64,000 nucleotides of DNA from Sulfolobaceae archaeon. Lineage in GTDB: Archaea; Thermoproteota; Thermoprotei_A; Sulfolobales; Sulfolobaceae. Shown one piece after another: positions 40,704 through 51,633 of the stretch. Positions within the stretch are counted from its first letter, which is position 1. Every line of letters starts with the position of its first letter. The DNA lies in contig JAWARQ010000004.1 of the NCBI GenBank assembly GCA_038893355.1, positions 32,001-96,000 of the forward strand, written 5' to 3'. A program made the translations under genes and the position numbers. The notes beneath the pieces were generated by a model. The model ran no database searches, was not told the DNA's origin, and saw nothing but the letters and a program-made list of their open reading frames with translations.

Positions 40704-43291
40704 TTTTCCACCTCAACCACACTACCTTCACCCTTCTTTTCTACTCTTATTACATAATCCGCAACATTTACTACTTCTTGATCATGTGATACGATTATTA
40801 TTTGAGGTATTACCTGTGATGAAAGCCTTATTATATTTAATAGTTCTTGCTTTCTATATTCATCTAGATGTACGGTAGGTTCGTCCATTATTATGAAACC
40901 TATTTCAGATAGTATTGCCCTTGCGATGCTCATCCTTAGTGCAAGTGATAATGCAACCTTCTCTCCCCCACTTAATAAGTTAACTGATAATCTTTCCCCT
41001 GAATTCATAATTGCATTTATCTGATACTTATTTTGAACATCTATTTCAGCTCTAGATATAGAAAGATCGAATTTTGAGAGAATTTCATTTAAATTATTTT
41101 CTATTATTCTTTTAGTTGCACTAATTAGATAAGCTTGCAAAGAATTTTCACCTAGTAATTCTCTGAGTTTTTCCAATTTTTTAATTGCTTGTAAAATTTT
41201 TGTTTCTTCTTTAATATTTTCTTCTAATTCTTTAATATTTTCTTCTAATTCTTTAATATTACTCTGGACTTCTAGAAGTTTTCCCTGAACTTCACCTAAT
41301 TTTGTAGATAATAAATTAATATCTTTATTTATTCTTTCTAGTTTTTCTTTTAATTTTATATATTCATCCTCGTTAAAATTTAGTTCCCTAATTCTTTCCT
41401 CAATTTCTTTCTTTTCGGAGTAAAAGTCTTCTAATTCTTTTTTCAAATTCTCTAGTTCCATTTGAGCCTTCTTCTTTCTCTCTAATTCCTTCTTCTTCTG
41501 CTCTAAATCCTCTAATATTCTTTCAAGCTCCTTCTCATCATAATTCTCGATATCCTTAAACTTGCTAATTTCTACTAGCATCTCCTCTCTCTCTTTTACT
41601 ATTCTTTCAAGCTCCTCTTCATACTCTTTAAGTTCTTCTCTACTATACCTATCTACTTTTAAATAATTCTTATAGTTTTCCTCTATCTTCTTTAAATAAT
41701 TTTCTATCTCGATATAATTCTTATAGTTTTCCTCTAATTCTTTTAATTTCTTGTTAATATTCTCGATCTCTCCTTTTCTTTTATTTATTTCCCTTTCTAA
41801 ATATCTTCTCCTTTCATCTCTTCTTCTAATTTCTTCTAACCTTAATTCTAGATTATTAATAATATTATTTATTAAATTTCTTTTTGAATTTAATTGTGAT
41901 ATTTCATTAGAAATATTATTCAATTCTTGTGTAATTTCAGAAATTATTTTGTTTTTATGTTCTATTTCAAGATCTCTACCACAAACTGGACACTTATTTC
42001 CTTTAAGCGTTGATAAGTTACTTTTAATTTTCTCTAACTCCCTCTTTCTTCCATTCTTTTCACCTATTAATCTTTCAATTTTTCCAATTTCTTCCCTTAA
42101 ATTTCTTAACTCATTTTCTAACTTATCAATATTCTCAGAAATTTCAATTTTTCCAATTTCTTCCCTTAAATTTCTTAACTCATTTTCTAAATTTTTCAAA
42201 GAATTATTAAGTAATAAATATTCTTCATAATATTTCCTAAGATTCTCTAAAATTTTAGATTTTTCCAAATATTCTTCATAATATTTCCTAAGATTCTCTT
42301 TTTCATTTAACTTATTCCTATACTCTTCTATTTTTCTCTTTAGTTCTTTAATTCTTCCTTCATACTCTTCTATTTTTCTCTTTTTTCTCTTTAATTCTTC
42401 CAAAAATTGCTTTTTAATTTTGTATTCTTCAAGTTTTTCTTCAAGCTTTTCTAGATATTCTATCCCAGTTACTTCTTTTTCTAATTCCTTTTCTCTTTTT
42501 TCTCTTTTATTTATTTCATTAATTAAATAAATATATCTTGAATTTAACTTAATATATTCCTTATATTTCTCTTCCAATTCCTTTATTATTTCATTTAATA
42601 TATTAAATTCTTTTTTCTTCTCTTCCAATTCCTTTATTATTTCAGACTCTTCTTTTACTAATTCTTCTTCCTTCTTTCTAAATTCTTCTCTTCTCTTCTT
42701 CTCTTTATCATACTCGTTTTTATAAACTTCAATTAGTTGATACTTACTTTGAAGCTGTTTTATGAGATCTTTAATGGGTCCCCTTGAATCAACTAGTTTC
42801 TCGAGTTTGTCAAGTTTAAGAACTTTTTTCATAATGTCTGGCAAATTATCAATTATTTCCTCGATTTTGCCCTGTGGTATTATGATTGTATGCAATAATA
42901 CATCTTTAGGTATTTTTATATAGTCTAAAATTTTATTATTTACCTCCCTTGCCCCTCTTACTACTGTTTTTGCTGCTTGTTGAGTAACTTCTATGAGGAG
43001 GTCATTCGATGATGCAGAGGAAGAGGTTGAAATATTACGTTTAATTATTAATCGAGAATTACTTAATTCTAAGCTCAGCTCTAATGTAGCTTCTCTTTTT
43101 CCCTTCTTTATTAAATCTTCAATTCTATTACCTCTATTATTCTCTCTAAATAATGAAAATATTATTCCATCTATTATTGCACTCTTCCCTGCACCATTAG
43201 GTCCAATAATAGCGTTTATATTCCCTTCAAATTTTATTTTAGTGTCACTATGACTTAGGAAATTCTTTAATTCTATGCTATCTATTCTCAT
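40700..43291 (-). CDS. rad50: Rad50 ATPase
   Basis: GPNGAGKS, CPVCG hook, LSGGE, MDEPT. Confidence 0.95.
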   Translation of the reverse strand: MRIDSIELKNFLSHSDTKIKFEGNINAIIGPNGAGKSAIIDGIIFSLFRENNRGNRIEDLIKKGKREATLELSLELSNSRLIIKRNISTSSSASSNDLLIEVTQQAAKTVVRGAREVNNKILDYIKIPKDVLLHTIIIPQGKIEEIIDNLPDIMKKVLKLDKLEKLVDSRGPIKDLIKQLQSKYQLIEVYKNEYDKEKKRREEFRKKEEELVKEESEIIKELEEKKKEFNILNEIIKELEEKYKEYIKLNSRYIYLINEINKREKREKELEKEVTGIEYLEKLEEKLEEYKIKKQFLEELKRKKRKIEEYEGRIKELKRKIEEYRNKLNEKENLRKYYEEYLEKSKILENLRKYYEEYLLLNNSLKNLENELRNLREEIGKIEISENIDKLENELRNLREEIGKIERLIGEKNGRKRELEKIKSNLSTLKGNKCPVCGRDLEIEHKNKIISEITQELNNISNEISQLNSKRNLINNIINNLELRLEEIRRRDERRRYLEREINKRKGEIENINKKLKELEENYKNYIEIENYLKKIEENYKNYLKVDRYSREELKEYEEELERIVKEREEMLVEISKFKDIENYDEKELERILEDLEQKKKELERKKKAQMELENLKKELEDFYSEKKEIEERIRELNFNEDEYIKLKEKLERINKDINLLSTKLGEVQGKLLEVQSNIKELEENIKELEENIKEETKILQAIKKLEKLRELLGENSLQAYLISATKRIIENNLNEILSKFDLSISRAEIDVQNKYQINAIMNSGERLSVNLLSGGEKVALSLALRMSIARAILSEIGFIIMDEPTVHLDEYRKQELLNIIRLSSQVIPQIIIVSHDQEVVNVADYVIRVEKKGEGSVVEVEK
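41207..42644. repeat. Cluster of exact in-frame repeats in the rad50 coiled coil
   Basis: 21-nt tandem at 41207-41260; pairs starting 41516/41600, 41663/41714, 42073/42142 (49 bp), 42216/42267 (33 bp), 42320/42362, 42567/42618. Confidence 0.88.
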
Positions 43292-44433
43292 TCTAGACCA
43301 CTAAATAATTTTAATAATCTTACTGTTTCTTCCTCACTTTCAGAATTGATTATTCTTAACACTAACTCAGCCTCACTTTGATTTAGTCCATTCTTCTTCA
43401 GAAAATCAACTATTAAATCGTCTATAGTACTTTTCTCTGGTATTTCTAATCTCTGTGTCCCAATTTTTATTTTTGTATTGTCTTTATATATTCTATAATA
43501 TTCAGCAATTTGATATAATTTTCTTAACTCTTTTTCAATAACTTCTCTCTTAGCTACCTCACCCTCCAATATTAGATGTAGTATTGGTTTTTTCTTTTCA
43601 CTGTTTTTATACTTATTAATAATCCTTTCAATCTCTTTATTTAAATCATTTACTAGTATTTTTTCAACTTCTTGTCTTCTAATTTCTAAATCTATCTTTT
43701 GTAAAGAAACTTCGTCATCTTTACTAAAGTCTAATAAGAATACCCCTTTGCCATCTTTTTTATAGCCTTCTATTTCTTCTTCTCTGAATATTTCTGGAGA
43801 ACCTGCTATTCCTATAAGTGACCCGTCACTATTCCTGATTACCCTTCTAGTATGAAGATGGCCTAACGCATAATATCTAAAGCCTTTGGGTAAATCACCT
43901 AACTGAATTTGCCAAGAGTATTGGTATGGCAAAAGTTCTTTGTATCCTTGATGAAGTAACAAGATACTCTTTTTACATAAAGGTTTTAGCTGTTTTAGTG
44001 CTTCCTTTAACTTTTCTGCTGAAACATAAGGATAATGTTTAGAACCATGTACACAAATTTCATCTCCATCAAATTTAAAACTATAATAATCAGTTAATGG
44101 ATTAAGAATAAGTCGAATTAAGTCTAATTCTCTTAATAAATATAAGGGATAAACATCAGTTGATCTCTTAGGAGAATCGTGATCTCCAGGGATTACTACT
44201 AATTGGATTCCTTTCTCTTTAATACGCTTTAACTCAGTATATGCAATTAATTCTGCCTTATTTGACGGATTATTAACGTCGTAGAAATCTCCACTATGTA
44301 CTATCAGCTTTACTCTTTCCTTAATTGCTATATCTATTATACTTCTAAAAGTTTGATACACATCTTCTTCTCTAAAATCTAAGTTATACTGCCTTTTTCC
44401 TAGATGTGTATCCGAAGTGTGTAGAACTAGAAT
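43288..44433 (-). CDS. mre11: Mre11 nuclease; probable ATT start at 44433
   Basis: LHTSDTHLG lies upstream of the track's GTG; HSGDFYD, PGDHD, LGHLH, GSPE. Confidence 0.92.
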   Translation of the reverse strand: MLVLHTSDTHLGKRQYNLDFREEDVYQTFRSIIDIAIKERVKLIVHSGDFYDVNNPSNKAELIAYTELKRIKEKGIQLVVIPGDHDSPKRSTDVYPLYLLRELDLIRLILNPLTDYYSFKFDGDEICVHGSKHYPYVSAEKLKEALKQLKPLCKKSILLLHQGYKELLPYQYSWQIQLGDLPKGFRYYALGHLHTRRVIRNSDGSLIGIAGSPEIFREEEIEGYKKDGKGVFLLDFSKDDEVSLQKIDLEIRRQEVEKILVNDLNKEIERIINKYKNSEKKKPILHLILEGEVAKREVIEKELRKLYQIAEYYRIYKDNTKIKIGTQRLEIPEKSTIDDLIVDFLKKNGLNQSEAELVLRIINSESEEETVRLLKLFSGLE

Positions 44434-45953
44434 TTTAACTCACCCATCTCTGCAATCAAATCTGCTATTTCCTTTTGCTCTTTTGCTTCTCTCCATTCTT
44501 TCATTAAATCTGGATCTGAGCCTGATAGTTTACCTTCGAATTTATCAATTTTTACTATAGCAGGAATATTTACTATTTTTCCAATTACTATTGCTTCGCC
44601 TATATCAAGACTAGATAGTTGCTCTACTAGATCCTCACTTAAATTATCGCTAGCTTCTAGTATGTATTTTTTATCACTAGGTTCGATTATTTTAAGTATT
44701 ATTTTATTAGTCATTTGACTTAGAATATTTTCATCAAGACCCTTTGGTCTTTGACTTACTATTATTAAACCAACTCCAAATTTTCTTCCCTCTCTCGATA
44801 TTCTAGACGCCCAGTATTTAGTTAAAGTATTTCTATCTCTAGATAGGAATACATGAGCCTCTTCTATAACGACTAGTACTGGATACCTTAAACCTCCTCC
44901 TCTCCATTTATTTTCCTTCCTTGCATCTAAAATTCTCCTTAAGTAATGTGAAATTACAGCATCCATTGCTTCTTCGTCGAGTTGACTAATATTGACTACA
45001 TTTACCATTCCTAGCTTTATATTATGAATTATATCTGGTGCTAGTATATCTATTACATAACCATATCTATCCTGAAAATCTTCAATTTTACTTTCAACTT
45101 CATATCTTACATCTTTATCCCTAGATATAGATTTTTTATTGTCAGATACTTTAGATAATAGAGTTTCAAAGAACTTTTTCTTTAATTCTTCAGAGTTAAG
45201 ATAACTATTCTCTCTTATAATTTTTTCAATCTCCTCTTTCGTGTCAAGGAATGCTCTTCTAAATACTCTATACTGTTTAAATGCATTTTCTCTAATTTCT
45301 AAAAGTACTGCAAATTCTCGTGGATTTAGATGTAAAGGATTCAATTTTGGGTTTATAACATTTAAATATTTCATATTACTATCATAATATTCACCGTGAA
45401 AATCAAAGATTACCACACACCCACCATTTTCTGCAATTCTTTGTGATAGAACTGCTACTGCGTTAGATTTTCCAGATCCAGTAGCTGCAAGTATTGCTAA
45501 ATGTCTAGTTAAATAATTAGGATTAATACTTACTTCCACATCACTTCCAATAAGCTTACCTATCTTTATATTTCCATTTTCGAAAATTCTCTGTAGTTCT
45601 TCCTTCGTAGCTAGCCTAACTGGCGTCCCTGGTGGCGGGGGCAGTTCTACTCTTTCACATGAATTATTATCTATTAATTTACAAATAATTTTTATTTTTG
45701 CCTTAATATACTCCTTAATAGATTCTGGAACTTGGATCTCTCTCATTTTTTCGATTACTTCCACATCTGTTACAGTTTCATTAATTATATTACTACTAGA
45801 ATTTAATGAAACTATTAAACCAAGGACTTTGCTATTATCATATTCTAAAATTACATAAATACCACTCCTAATTTTATTTCGATGTTTTACTATCATTAAA
45901 GCAGATTCTACAGTTGATGAACCTATAGTATATCCTACTATAACTTTTGTCAT
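44427..45953 (-). CDS. herA: HerA bipolar helicase/translocase
   Basis: RHLAILAATGSGKS, IEEAH, REGRKFG, SQRP. Confidence 0.95.
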   Translation of the reverse strand: MTKVIVGYTIGSSTVESALMIVKHRNKIRSGIYVILEYDNSKVLGLIVSLNSSSNIINETVTDVEVIEKMREIQVPESIKEYIKAKIKIICKLIDNNSCERVELPPPPGTPVRLATKEELQRIFENGNIKIGKLIGSDVEVSINPNYLTRHLAILAATGSGKSNAVAVLSQRIAENGGCVVIFDFHGEYYDSNMKYLNVINPKLNPLHLNPREFAVLLEIRENAFKQYRVFRRAFLDTKEEIEKIIRENSYLNSEELKKKFFETLLSKVSDNKKSISRDKDVRYEVESKIEDFQDRYGYVIDILAPDIIHNIKLGMVNVVNISQLDEEAMDAVISHYLRRILDARKENKWRGGGLRYPVLVVIEEAHVFLSRDRNTLTKYWASRISREGRKFGVGLIIVSQRPKGLDENILSQMTNKIILKIIEPSDKKYILEASDNLSEDLVEQLSSLDIGEAIVIGKIVNIPAIVKIDKFEGKLSGSDPDLMKEWREAKEQKEIADLIAEMGELKF

Positions 45954-46044
45954 TCGTTTTCAGAATCGCAGAATAAGGTTATAAAAGAAACTATAGATAA
46001 TACGGTAATACAATGAAGAAATAATAAAAATAATTAAATTCCCT

Positions 46045-46593
46045 TTAAAGGGCTTTGCTAACTTTCTTAGCAGTTTCTGCTATTTTTTCTTCTTGTTCTG
46101 CGAATTCACATAACATTTGTTCTATTTGTGGATATCCTTCTTCTTTTGCCTTCATAGCAATTCTATTGTACTCTTCAATATGCTCTCTATTCTCTTTTTC
46201 AGCAAAATCACTTAATAGAGACTTAACCTTAGCTAAAGTTTCTGCTATTTTTTCTTCTTGTTCTGCGAATTCACATAACATTTGTTCTATTTGTGGATAT
46301 CCTTCTTCTTTTGCCTTCATAGCAATTCTATTGTACTCTTCAATATGTTGTTTATTTTCTTCATATAGGGCATCACTAACTATATCCGTTACATTCTTAT
46401 ATTTTAACAGAGTTTCAAATATTGCCTTAGCATGACCTAATTCCACCATTGCTTTTTCCCTTAGCATTTTGGCCTCTTCTTTCTTACCTAATTGTTCTAA
46501 TTTTTCAGAGAGTAGTAATAATGTTAAATAGTCTTCTGCATTTGCTTTGAAGAGTTCCTTTAAACCTATTTCGGTTTGCCTACCTAGGCTCAT
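46045..46593 (-). CDS. Rubrerythrin/ferritin-like protein with internal duplication
   Basis: ELGHAK; YNRIAMKAKEEGYPQIEQML occurs twice. Confidence 0.75.
   Translation of the reverse strand: MSLGRQTEIGLKELFKANAEDYLTLLLLSEKLEQLGKKEEAKMLREKAMVELGHAKAIFETLLKYKNVTDIVSDALYEENKQHIEEYNRIAMKAKEEGYPQIEQMLCEFAEQEEKIAETLAKVKSLLSDFAEKENREHIEEYNRIAMKAKEEGYPQIEQMLCEFAEQEEKIAETAKKVSKAL
46072..46347. repeat. Exact 111-bp direct repeat, period 165 nt
   Basis: 46072-46182 matches 46237-46347. Confidence 0.92.
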
Positions 46594-46691
46594 ATTAGAG
46601 CCCTATGTATATTATCTTTTCTCGTATATAAACTTTGGTTAAATATCAATTTGATGTACTTTTATATTTCCCGCTGGATAAGAATTTAAGA

Positions 46692-46747
46692 GTAGTGATG
46701 AATGACTCCAATAATGAATGGTGATTATAGTAACCCGCTCCTGAGGT
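46692..46747 (+). ncRNA. C/D-box guide sRNA
   Basis: C box GTGATGA 46695-46701, 12-nt guide, D' ATGA, C' GTGATTA, 13-nt guide, D box CTGA 46741-46744; intergenic. Confidence 0.8.
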
Positions 46748-46776
46748 TTTATTTATTCTAGTAACAAGTAAATTTT

Positions 46777-48282
46777 ATGATATCAGTAAAATCGATGAGG
46801 ATTTTAGAAACTAACTGTGAAGCTTTAGGTTTGTCAACTTTACAACTAATGGAAAATGCAGGTAAAGCTATAAGAGATGAAATAATTTCTAGGTTTAATA
46901 ATATCGAAAATAAAAAAGTTTACATATTTATAGGTCATGGTGGTAAAGGTGGAGATGGTGCAGTAGCTGCTAGACATTTAGCAGCTGATGGAGCTGATAT
47001 TACAGTATATATTGTAGGTGAAAATAAGCATAAGGATGCTATTATTAACATCTCTTTATTAGAAGAAATGGATTATAGTGTAAAACTTATATCAATAAAC
47101 GAACCTACAGAGATTAGGCCAGTAGAAGGAGATATTATTATTGATGCATTATTAGGTATTGGATTTAGAGGAAGACCAAGAGAACCATTAAGATCTATTA
47201 TAAGAATTATTAATCAGAGTAAGGGCTTTAAAATATCAATAGATGTACCTTCAGGGGTTGATGCAGATACTGGGGAAGTTTATAATGACGATTATGTTAA
47301 GCCAGATTTAGTAATAACGCTTCACGATATAAAACCCGGACTTTTAAAGCATAATTTTCCAGTAGTTATTAAAAAAATAGGCATTCCTAAAGAGGCAGAA
47401 ATATATGTGGGTCCAGGTGATGTAATATATAATATTAGGAAAAGACCAATTACTGCGAAGAAAGGTGATTTTGGACGGTTATTAGTAATAGGTGGGAGTT
47501 ACACTTATTCTGGTGCACCAGCATTAGCTTCCTTAGCTGCATTAAGGACTGGAGTTGATCTAGTATATACTGCAGCACCTGAAGATACTGCAAAGATAAT
47601 CGCCTCTTATTCTCCAGCACTAATAACAATTAAAACTAGAGGAAGATATTTTACAGAAGAGAATATTGAAGAAATAAAGCCATGGATTAGCAAAGTAGAT
47701 GCTATATTAATTGGGCCAGGGATGGGATTAGAAGAAGGTACGATAAGATTTGTGAGAAGTATAATTGATTATATAATTTCATTAGAAAAACCAGTAGTAA
47801 TTGATGCAGACGCACTAAAAGCTATTAAGGGTAGTAGATTATATAAGAAGGCAGTACTTACGCCACATGCTGGAGAATTTTACATATATACTGGCGAGAA
47901 GGTTCCGGAAGATCCTAAAGAGAGGATAAATATTGTTGTTAGAAAGGCTAAAGAGTATAATACTATAATAGTACTGAAAGGTTATTTCGATGTAATTAGT
48001 AATGGAGAAGAGTTTAAACTTAATAAGACTGGAAACCCTGCAATGACAGTAGGTGGAACTGGCGATACGTTATCAGGAATAATAGCAGCTTTAATTTCTC
48101 AAAAAATAGAACCATACATTGCAGCATACTTAGGTTGCTTTATAAATGGTCTTGCAGGCTCTTTAGCGTATCAAGAGAAGGGAGAGAGATTACTTCCAAC
48201 TGATGTAATTGAAAAAATTCCATTAGTATTAAAAGATCCAATGGACGCATTTAAGAAAAAGGTATATAAAAGGGTTATGTAG
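46777..48282 (+). CDS. nnr: Bifunctional NAD(P)H-hydrate epimerase/dehydratase
   Basis: LMENAG, DALLGIG, DVPSG, GPGMG, IDAD, TPHAGEF, GGTGDTLSG. Confidence 0.93.
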   Translation: MISVKSMRILETNCEALGLSTLQLMENAGKAIRDEIISRFNNIENKKVYIFIGHGGKGGDGAVAARHLAADGADITVYIVGENKHKDAIINISLLEEMDYSVKLISINEPTEIRPVEGDIIIDALLGIGFRGRPREPLRSIIRIINQSKGFKISIDVPSGVDADTGEVYNDDYVKPDLVITLHDIKPGLLKHNFPVVIKKIGIPKEAEIYVGPGDVIYNIRKRPITAKKGDFGRLLVIGGSYTYSGAPALASLAALRTGVDLVYTAAPEDTAKIIASYSPALITIKTRGRYFTEENIEEIKPWISKVDAILIGPGMGLEEGTIRFVRSIIDYIISLEKPVVIDADALKAIKGSRLYKKAVLTPHAGEFYIYTGEKVPEDPKERINIVVRKAKEYNTIIVLKGYFDVISNGEEFKLNKTGNPAMTVGGTGDTLSGIIAALISQKIEPYIAAYLGCFINGLAGSLAYQEKGERLLPTDVIEKIPLVLKDPMDAFKKKVYKRVM

Positions 48283-48730
48283 ATATCTTTTTTATAATTT
48301 CAAGCGCCTTATCTACATGTTCTTCAGCATTTTTCAGATTTTTTAAAATTTCGACTATCTCTCCATTTTCATTAATTATGAATGTTACTCTCTGTGCACT
48401 AGATCCAGTAGGATTAAGAACTTCATAAATTTGTGAAATTTTTTTATCTTTATCACTAACTAATGGAAATCTTGCATTGCATTTATTTGCAAACTTTTCT
48501 TGAGTACTAAGACTATCTACACTTACTCCAATAACTTCAGTATTATACTTTTTAAACTCGTCATAAAATTGTGCAAATCGTTGCGTTTCTCTTGTGCAGC
48601 CAGGGGTAAATGCTTTTGGAAAGAAATAAAGCACTACTTTTTTACCTCTAAATTGAGATAATTTTATTTTACCATGTGTAGATTCTGCTTCGAAGTCAGG
48701 GGCTAAAGAACCTTTATTAATGTTTCCCAT
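48275..48730 (-). CDS. bcp: Bcp-type peroxiredoxin
   Basis: FPKAFTPGCTRE, RVTFII. Confidence 0.92.
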   Translation of the reverse strand: MGNINKGSLAPDFEAESTHGKIKLSQFRGKKVVLYFFPKAFTPGCTRETQRFAQFYDEFKKYNTEVIGVSVDSLSTQEKFANKCNARFPLVSDKDKKISQIYEVLNPTGSSAQRVTFIINENGEIVEILKNLKNAEEHVDKALEIIKKIST

Positions 48731-48774
48731 GATTGTCAATAAATTTATTAAGATTAATAAGAGTTCTTAAGAAA

Positions 48775-50313
48775 ATGTATCGTAGAATTCCAAAGACTAT
48801 GGCTACCCAGCATCCTGATAATGCTAAAGTACCAGAATGGGTTAAAGGTGAAAAAATTCAAGGAGAAGATGAAGTTATCGAGGCATATCTTGCTTATAGT
48901 GAATATGGCGTAGAAGAGGTAATGTGGGATGCAGAGGGAAAGGATGTTGATACTCATGTAGTTAGAAAATTATTATCTTATTATCCAGAGTATTTTAAGT
49001 ATAATATTTTAGGTAAGGATATTTTTCTTACCTATAGACTTCCTAATCCTAAGATAGAAGGGGCTGATAAGAAAGTTTTCGCTGAGACTATTGAAAGTAT
49101 TCCTATTATCTATGATGTGATGGAGAAGTTTTATGGTAAGCCTATAGATGCAGTGTTCGAAGTTATTTTACCATTTACCACTGATTCTTCAGAACTTATA
49201 AGTGTTGTAAAGTATTACGAGAAGGCAGTAGTTGGTAAGGAGAATGTAGATTTAATTGAGGGACTTAAAGTAAAAGATTGGTTAGGTGAATTTAATCCTA
49301 AGTCGATTGAGGTAATACCGCTTATAGAGGATATGAATTCTATGTTTAGAGTCAGTGAAATAATTGAAGGGTATATAAGGGCAATAAGACCTAATTATCT
49401 CAGAGTATTCCTTGCTAGATCAGATCCTGCTATGAATTATAGTTTAATCTCAGCAGTACTAATGGTGAAGATTGCTCTCAATCAAATATATGACGTTTCA
49501 GACAGATATAAAATTGGAATATTTCCGATAATAGGTGTTGGTTCAGTACCATTTAGGGGTAATTTAAATCCTTTAAATGTAGAAAATGTTATTAGGGAAT
49601 ATCAAGGTGTCTTCACTTTTACAATACAATCAGCATTTAGATACGATTATGACCTCATAGATGTTAAGAAAGCTATATCATTTTTAAATAAAAATACGAA
49701 TATAAACTTTAATAAATTTGATAAAGAAATAGAACAAAGGTTAAAAAGAATTTGTATTAAAGTGTCTAAGAGATACCAAAGAATAATAGAAGGTCTTGCT
49801 GATGTTATAAATAAGGTAGCACTTTTAATACCTCCTAGAAGAGCTAGGAAGCTTCACATAGGTTTATTTGGTTATTCAAGAAGTCAAGGTAATGTAACAC
49901 TTCCTAGGGCAATTAGCTTTGTAGGTGCAATGTATTCTATTGGAATTCCGCCAGAGATTATTGGTGTTTCTTCTATCTCAGAACTTAAAGAGGAAGATTT
50001 TGAGATATTAATGGAATTTTATGTTAATTTAAAGAGAGATTTGGAAATGGCATTGCCTTATTATAACCCAGAATCTATTATATTACTTCGAGATCTTTGG
50101 AAAGTAGATATAGAGATTATTAATAAAATAAAAGAAGATATTGAATATATAAATAATAATTTGAATATAAAAATTTCAGATTCAAAGCAGTACGAATATA
50201 AGAAACATGAAATATATTCTACATTAATGCAATATGCCTACTTTACAGGGAGAATTGAAGAGGCTAAAAATTATGTGAAAGAGATGGCAATTTTAAGGAG
50301 AGCAATAGGTTAA
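48775..50313 (+). CDS. ppcA: Archaeal phosphoenolpyruvate carboxylase
   Basis: [35 protein letters not shown]. Confidence 0.95.
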   Translation: MYRRIPKTMATQHPDNAKVPEWVKGEKIQGEDEVIEAYLAYSEYGVEEVMWDAEGKDVDTHVVRKLLSYYPEYFKYNILGKDIFLTYRLPNPKIEGADKKVFAETIESIPIIYDVMEKFYGKPIDAVFEVILPFTTDSSELISVVKYYEKAVVGKENVDLIEGLKVKDWLGEFNPKSIEVIPLIEDMNSMFRVSEIIEGYIRAIRPNYLRVFLARSDPAMNYSLISAVLMVKIALNQIYDVSDRYKIGIFPIIGVGSVPFRGNLNPLNVENVIREYQGVFTFTIQSAFRYDYDLIDVKKAISFLNKNTNINFNKFDKEIEQRLKRICIKVSKRYQRIIEGLADVINKVALLIPPRRARKLHIGLFGYSRSQGNVTLPRAISFVGAMYSIGIPPEIIGVSSISELKEEDFEILMEFYVNLKRDLEMALPYYNPESIILLRDLWKVDIEIINKIKEDIEYINNNLNIKISDSKQYEYKKHEIYSTLMQYAYFTGRIEEAKNYVKEMAILRRAIG

Positions 50314-51563
50314 AAGTTTCCAATATAAATTTTTAATACTAAATTTCCAATATAAATTATATATAAATAATATATTATAACATTAATAATTAGGATAGGA
50401 AAAGTGTATTTTATAAATTCGAAGAACTCAAAGCCTTTTCCTCCTCTCGTCTCTGAAGCTTCTGAAATTATTATATTACTAGCTGCACCAAGTACTGTAA
50501 AATTTCCAGCTATTGTACTTCCTGCTGCAAGCGCTAATAATTCTAATGGTCCTAAATGGTTTTGATATGCTGCTAAAATTAATGCTACTAATGGCACGTT
50601 ACTTATTAGTTGACTTACTATGATACTTACTAAAAAGATACTTAGTATTGAGTCTAAAGGGAAATATTGTGTTATAAATTGAACTACTCCACCTTTTACT
50701 AGTCCTTCAGTGAAAATGAATAAGTTAATAAAGAAAATGATAGTCATCCAATCCATGTTTTTTACAATTTCTCTTCTCTTACTAGTTAATAATAGTAGTA
50801 TAGTTGAAGTTATTATACTTGCTAATAATATATCTATTTTTAAAAGACTAAATATGAAAAATAATATAATTGTTATTATTAATAAAATTAAAGATAATTT
50901 AGCTAATTTTTCATCATGTATTTTTATATTTGTAAGTTCTATTTTATTTACATCATAATTTTTCATCATATTTTTAAAAAATAAATAAATAATAGGATAG
51001 CTTAATAGAATGTTAATAATTGTTGGTATTCCAAGAACTAATATGAAGGTTATGAAAGGCGAGGGAAGCCCTTGAGATAATGCTATCAATAAGTTTTGTG
51101 GGTTTCCAGTAGGTAACATTACACTTCCAATAGTGACTCCCATAGCTATAGTATACAATAATGGTATTTCGCTTATCCCCTTAAGCTTACTTATTTCTAA
51201 AATTACTGGAGTAAAACTTGCAGCAACGCCATCATTAGTTATTAAATTTGATAAGATTGCTGAATAGAGAAATAAAAAGAATAACATCGTTTTTGAATTA
51301 TTATACTTTGTTACTATCCTATAAGCTATGTAAGAAAGAAAACCCGAAATTTCTAAAGCTGAGGCGAATATAAAAAGTGTAATTAAAAATAATATTACAC
51401 TAAGGTTGATAGATTGTAAAGCTTCATTTAAACTTAAAGTTCCTGAGGTCAGCATAAGCATTGCTCCTAAACTCATTATAACCCAAGGTGGAATTTTTAT
51501 TAATTTTCTAAATATTAAGATAGAATATACTATTATAGCGATAATTAATACTACTAAATTCAC
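50310..51563 (-). CDS. ArsB/NhaD/SLC13-type anion transporter
   Basis: [30 protein letters not shown]. Confidence 0.88.
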   Translation of the reverse strand: MNLVVLIIAIIVYSILIFRKLIKIPPWVIMSLGAMLMLTSGTLSLNEALQSINLSVILFLITLFIFASALEISGFLSYIAYRIVTKYNNSKTMLFFLFLYSAILSNLITNDGVAASFTPVILEISKLKGISEIPLLYTIAMGVTIGSVMLPTGNPQNLLIALSQGLPSPFITFILVLGIPTIINILLSYPIIYLFFKNMMKNYDVNKIELTNIKIHDEKLAKLSLILLIITIILFFIFSLLKIDILLASIITSTILLLLTSKRREIVKNMDWMTIIFFINLFIFTEGLVKGGVVQFITQYFPLDSILSIFLVSIIVSQLISNVPLVALILAAYQNHLGPLELLALAAGSTIAGNFTVLGAASNIIISEASETRGGKGFEFFEFIKYTFPILIINVIIYYLYIIYIGNLVLKIYIGNF

Positions 51564-51633
51564 GAGTGCATATGAAGTAGCTTAAACATAAAAAATTAGT
51601 CTAGTAGTAGTTACTTAGTAGTATGTGATATTT

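Noticed and set aside
41207-46347. CRISPR array suggested by spaced direct repeats
   Set aside because: Repeats come as different in-frame pairs inside coding sequence, not one repeat with many spacers; no cas genes
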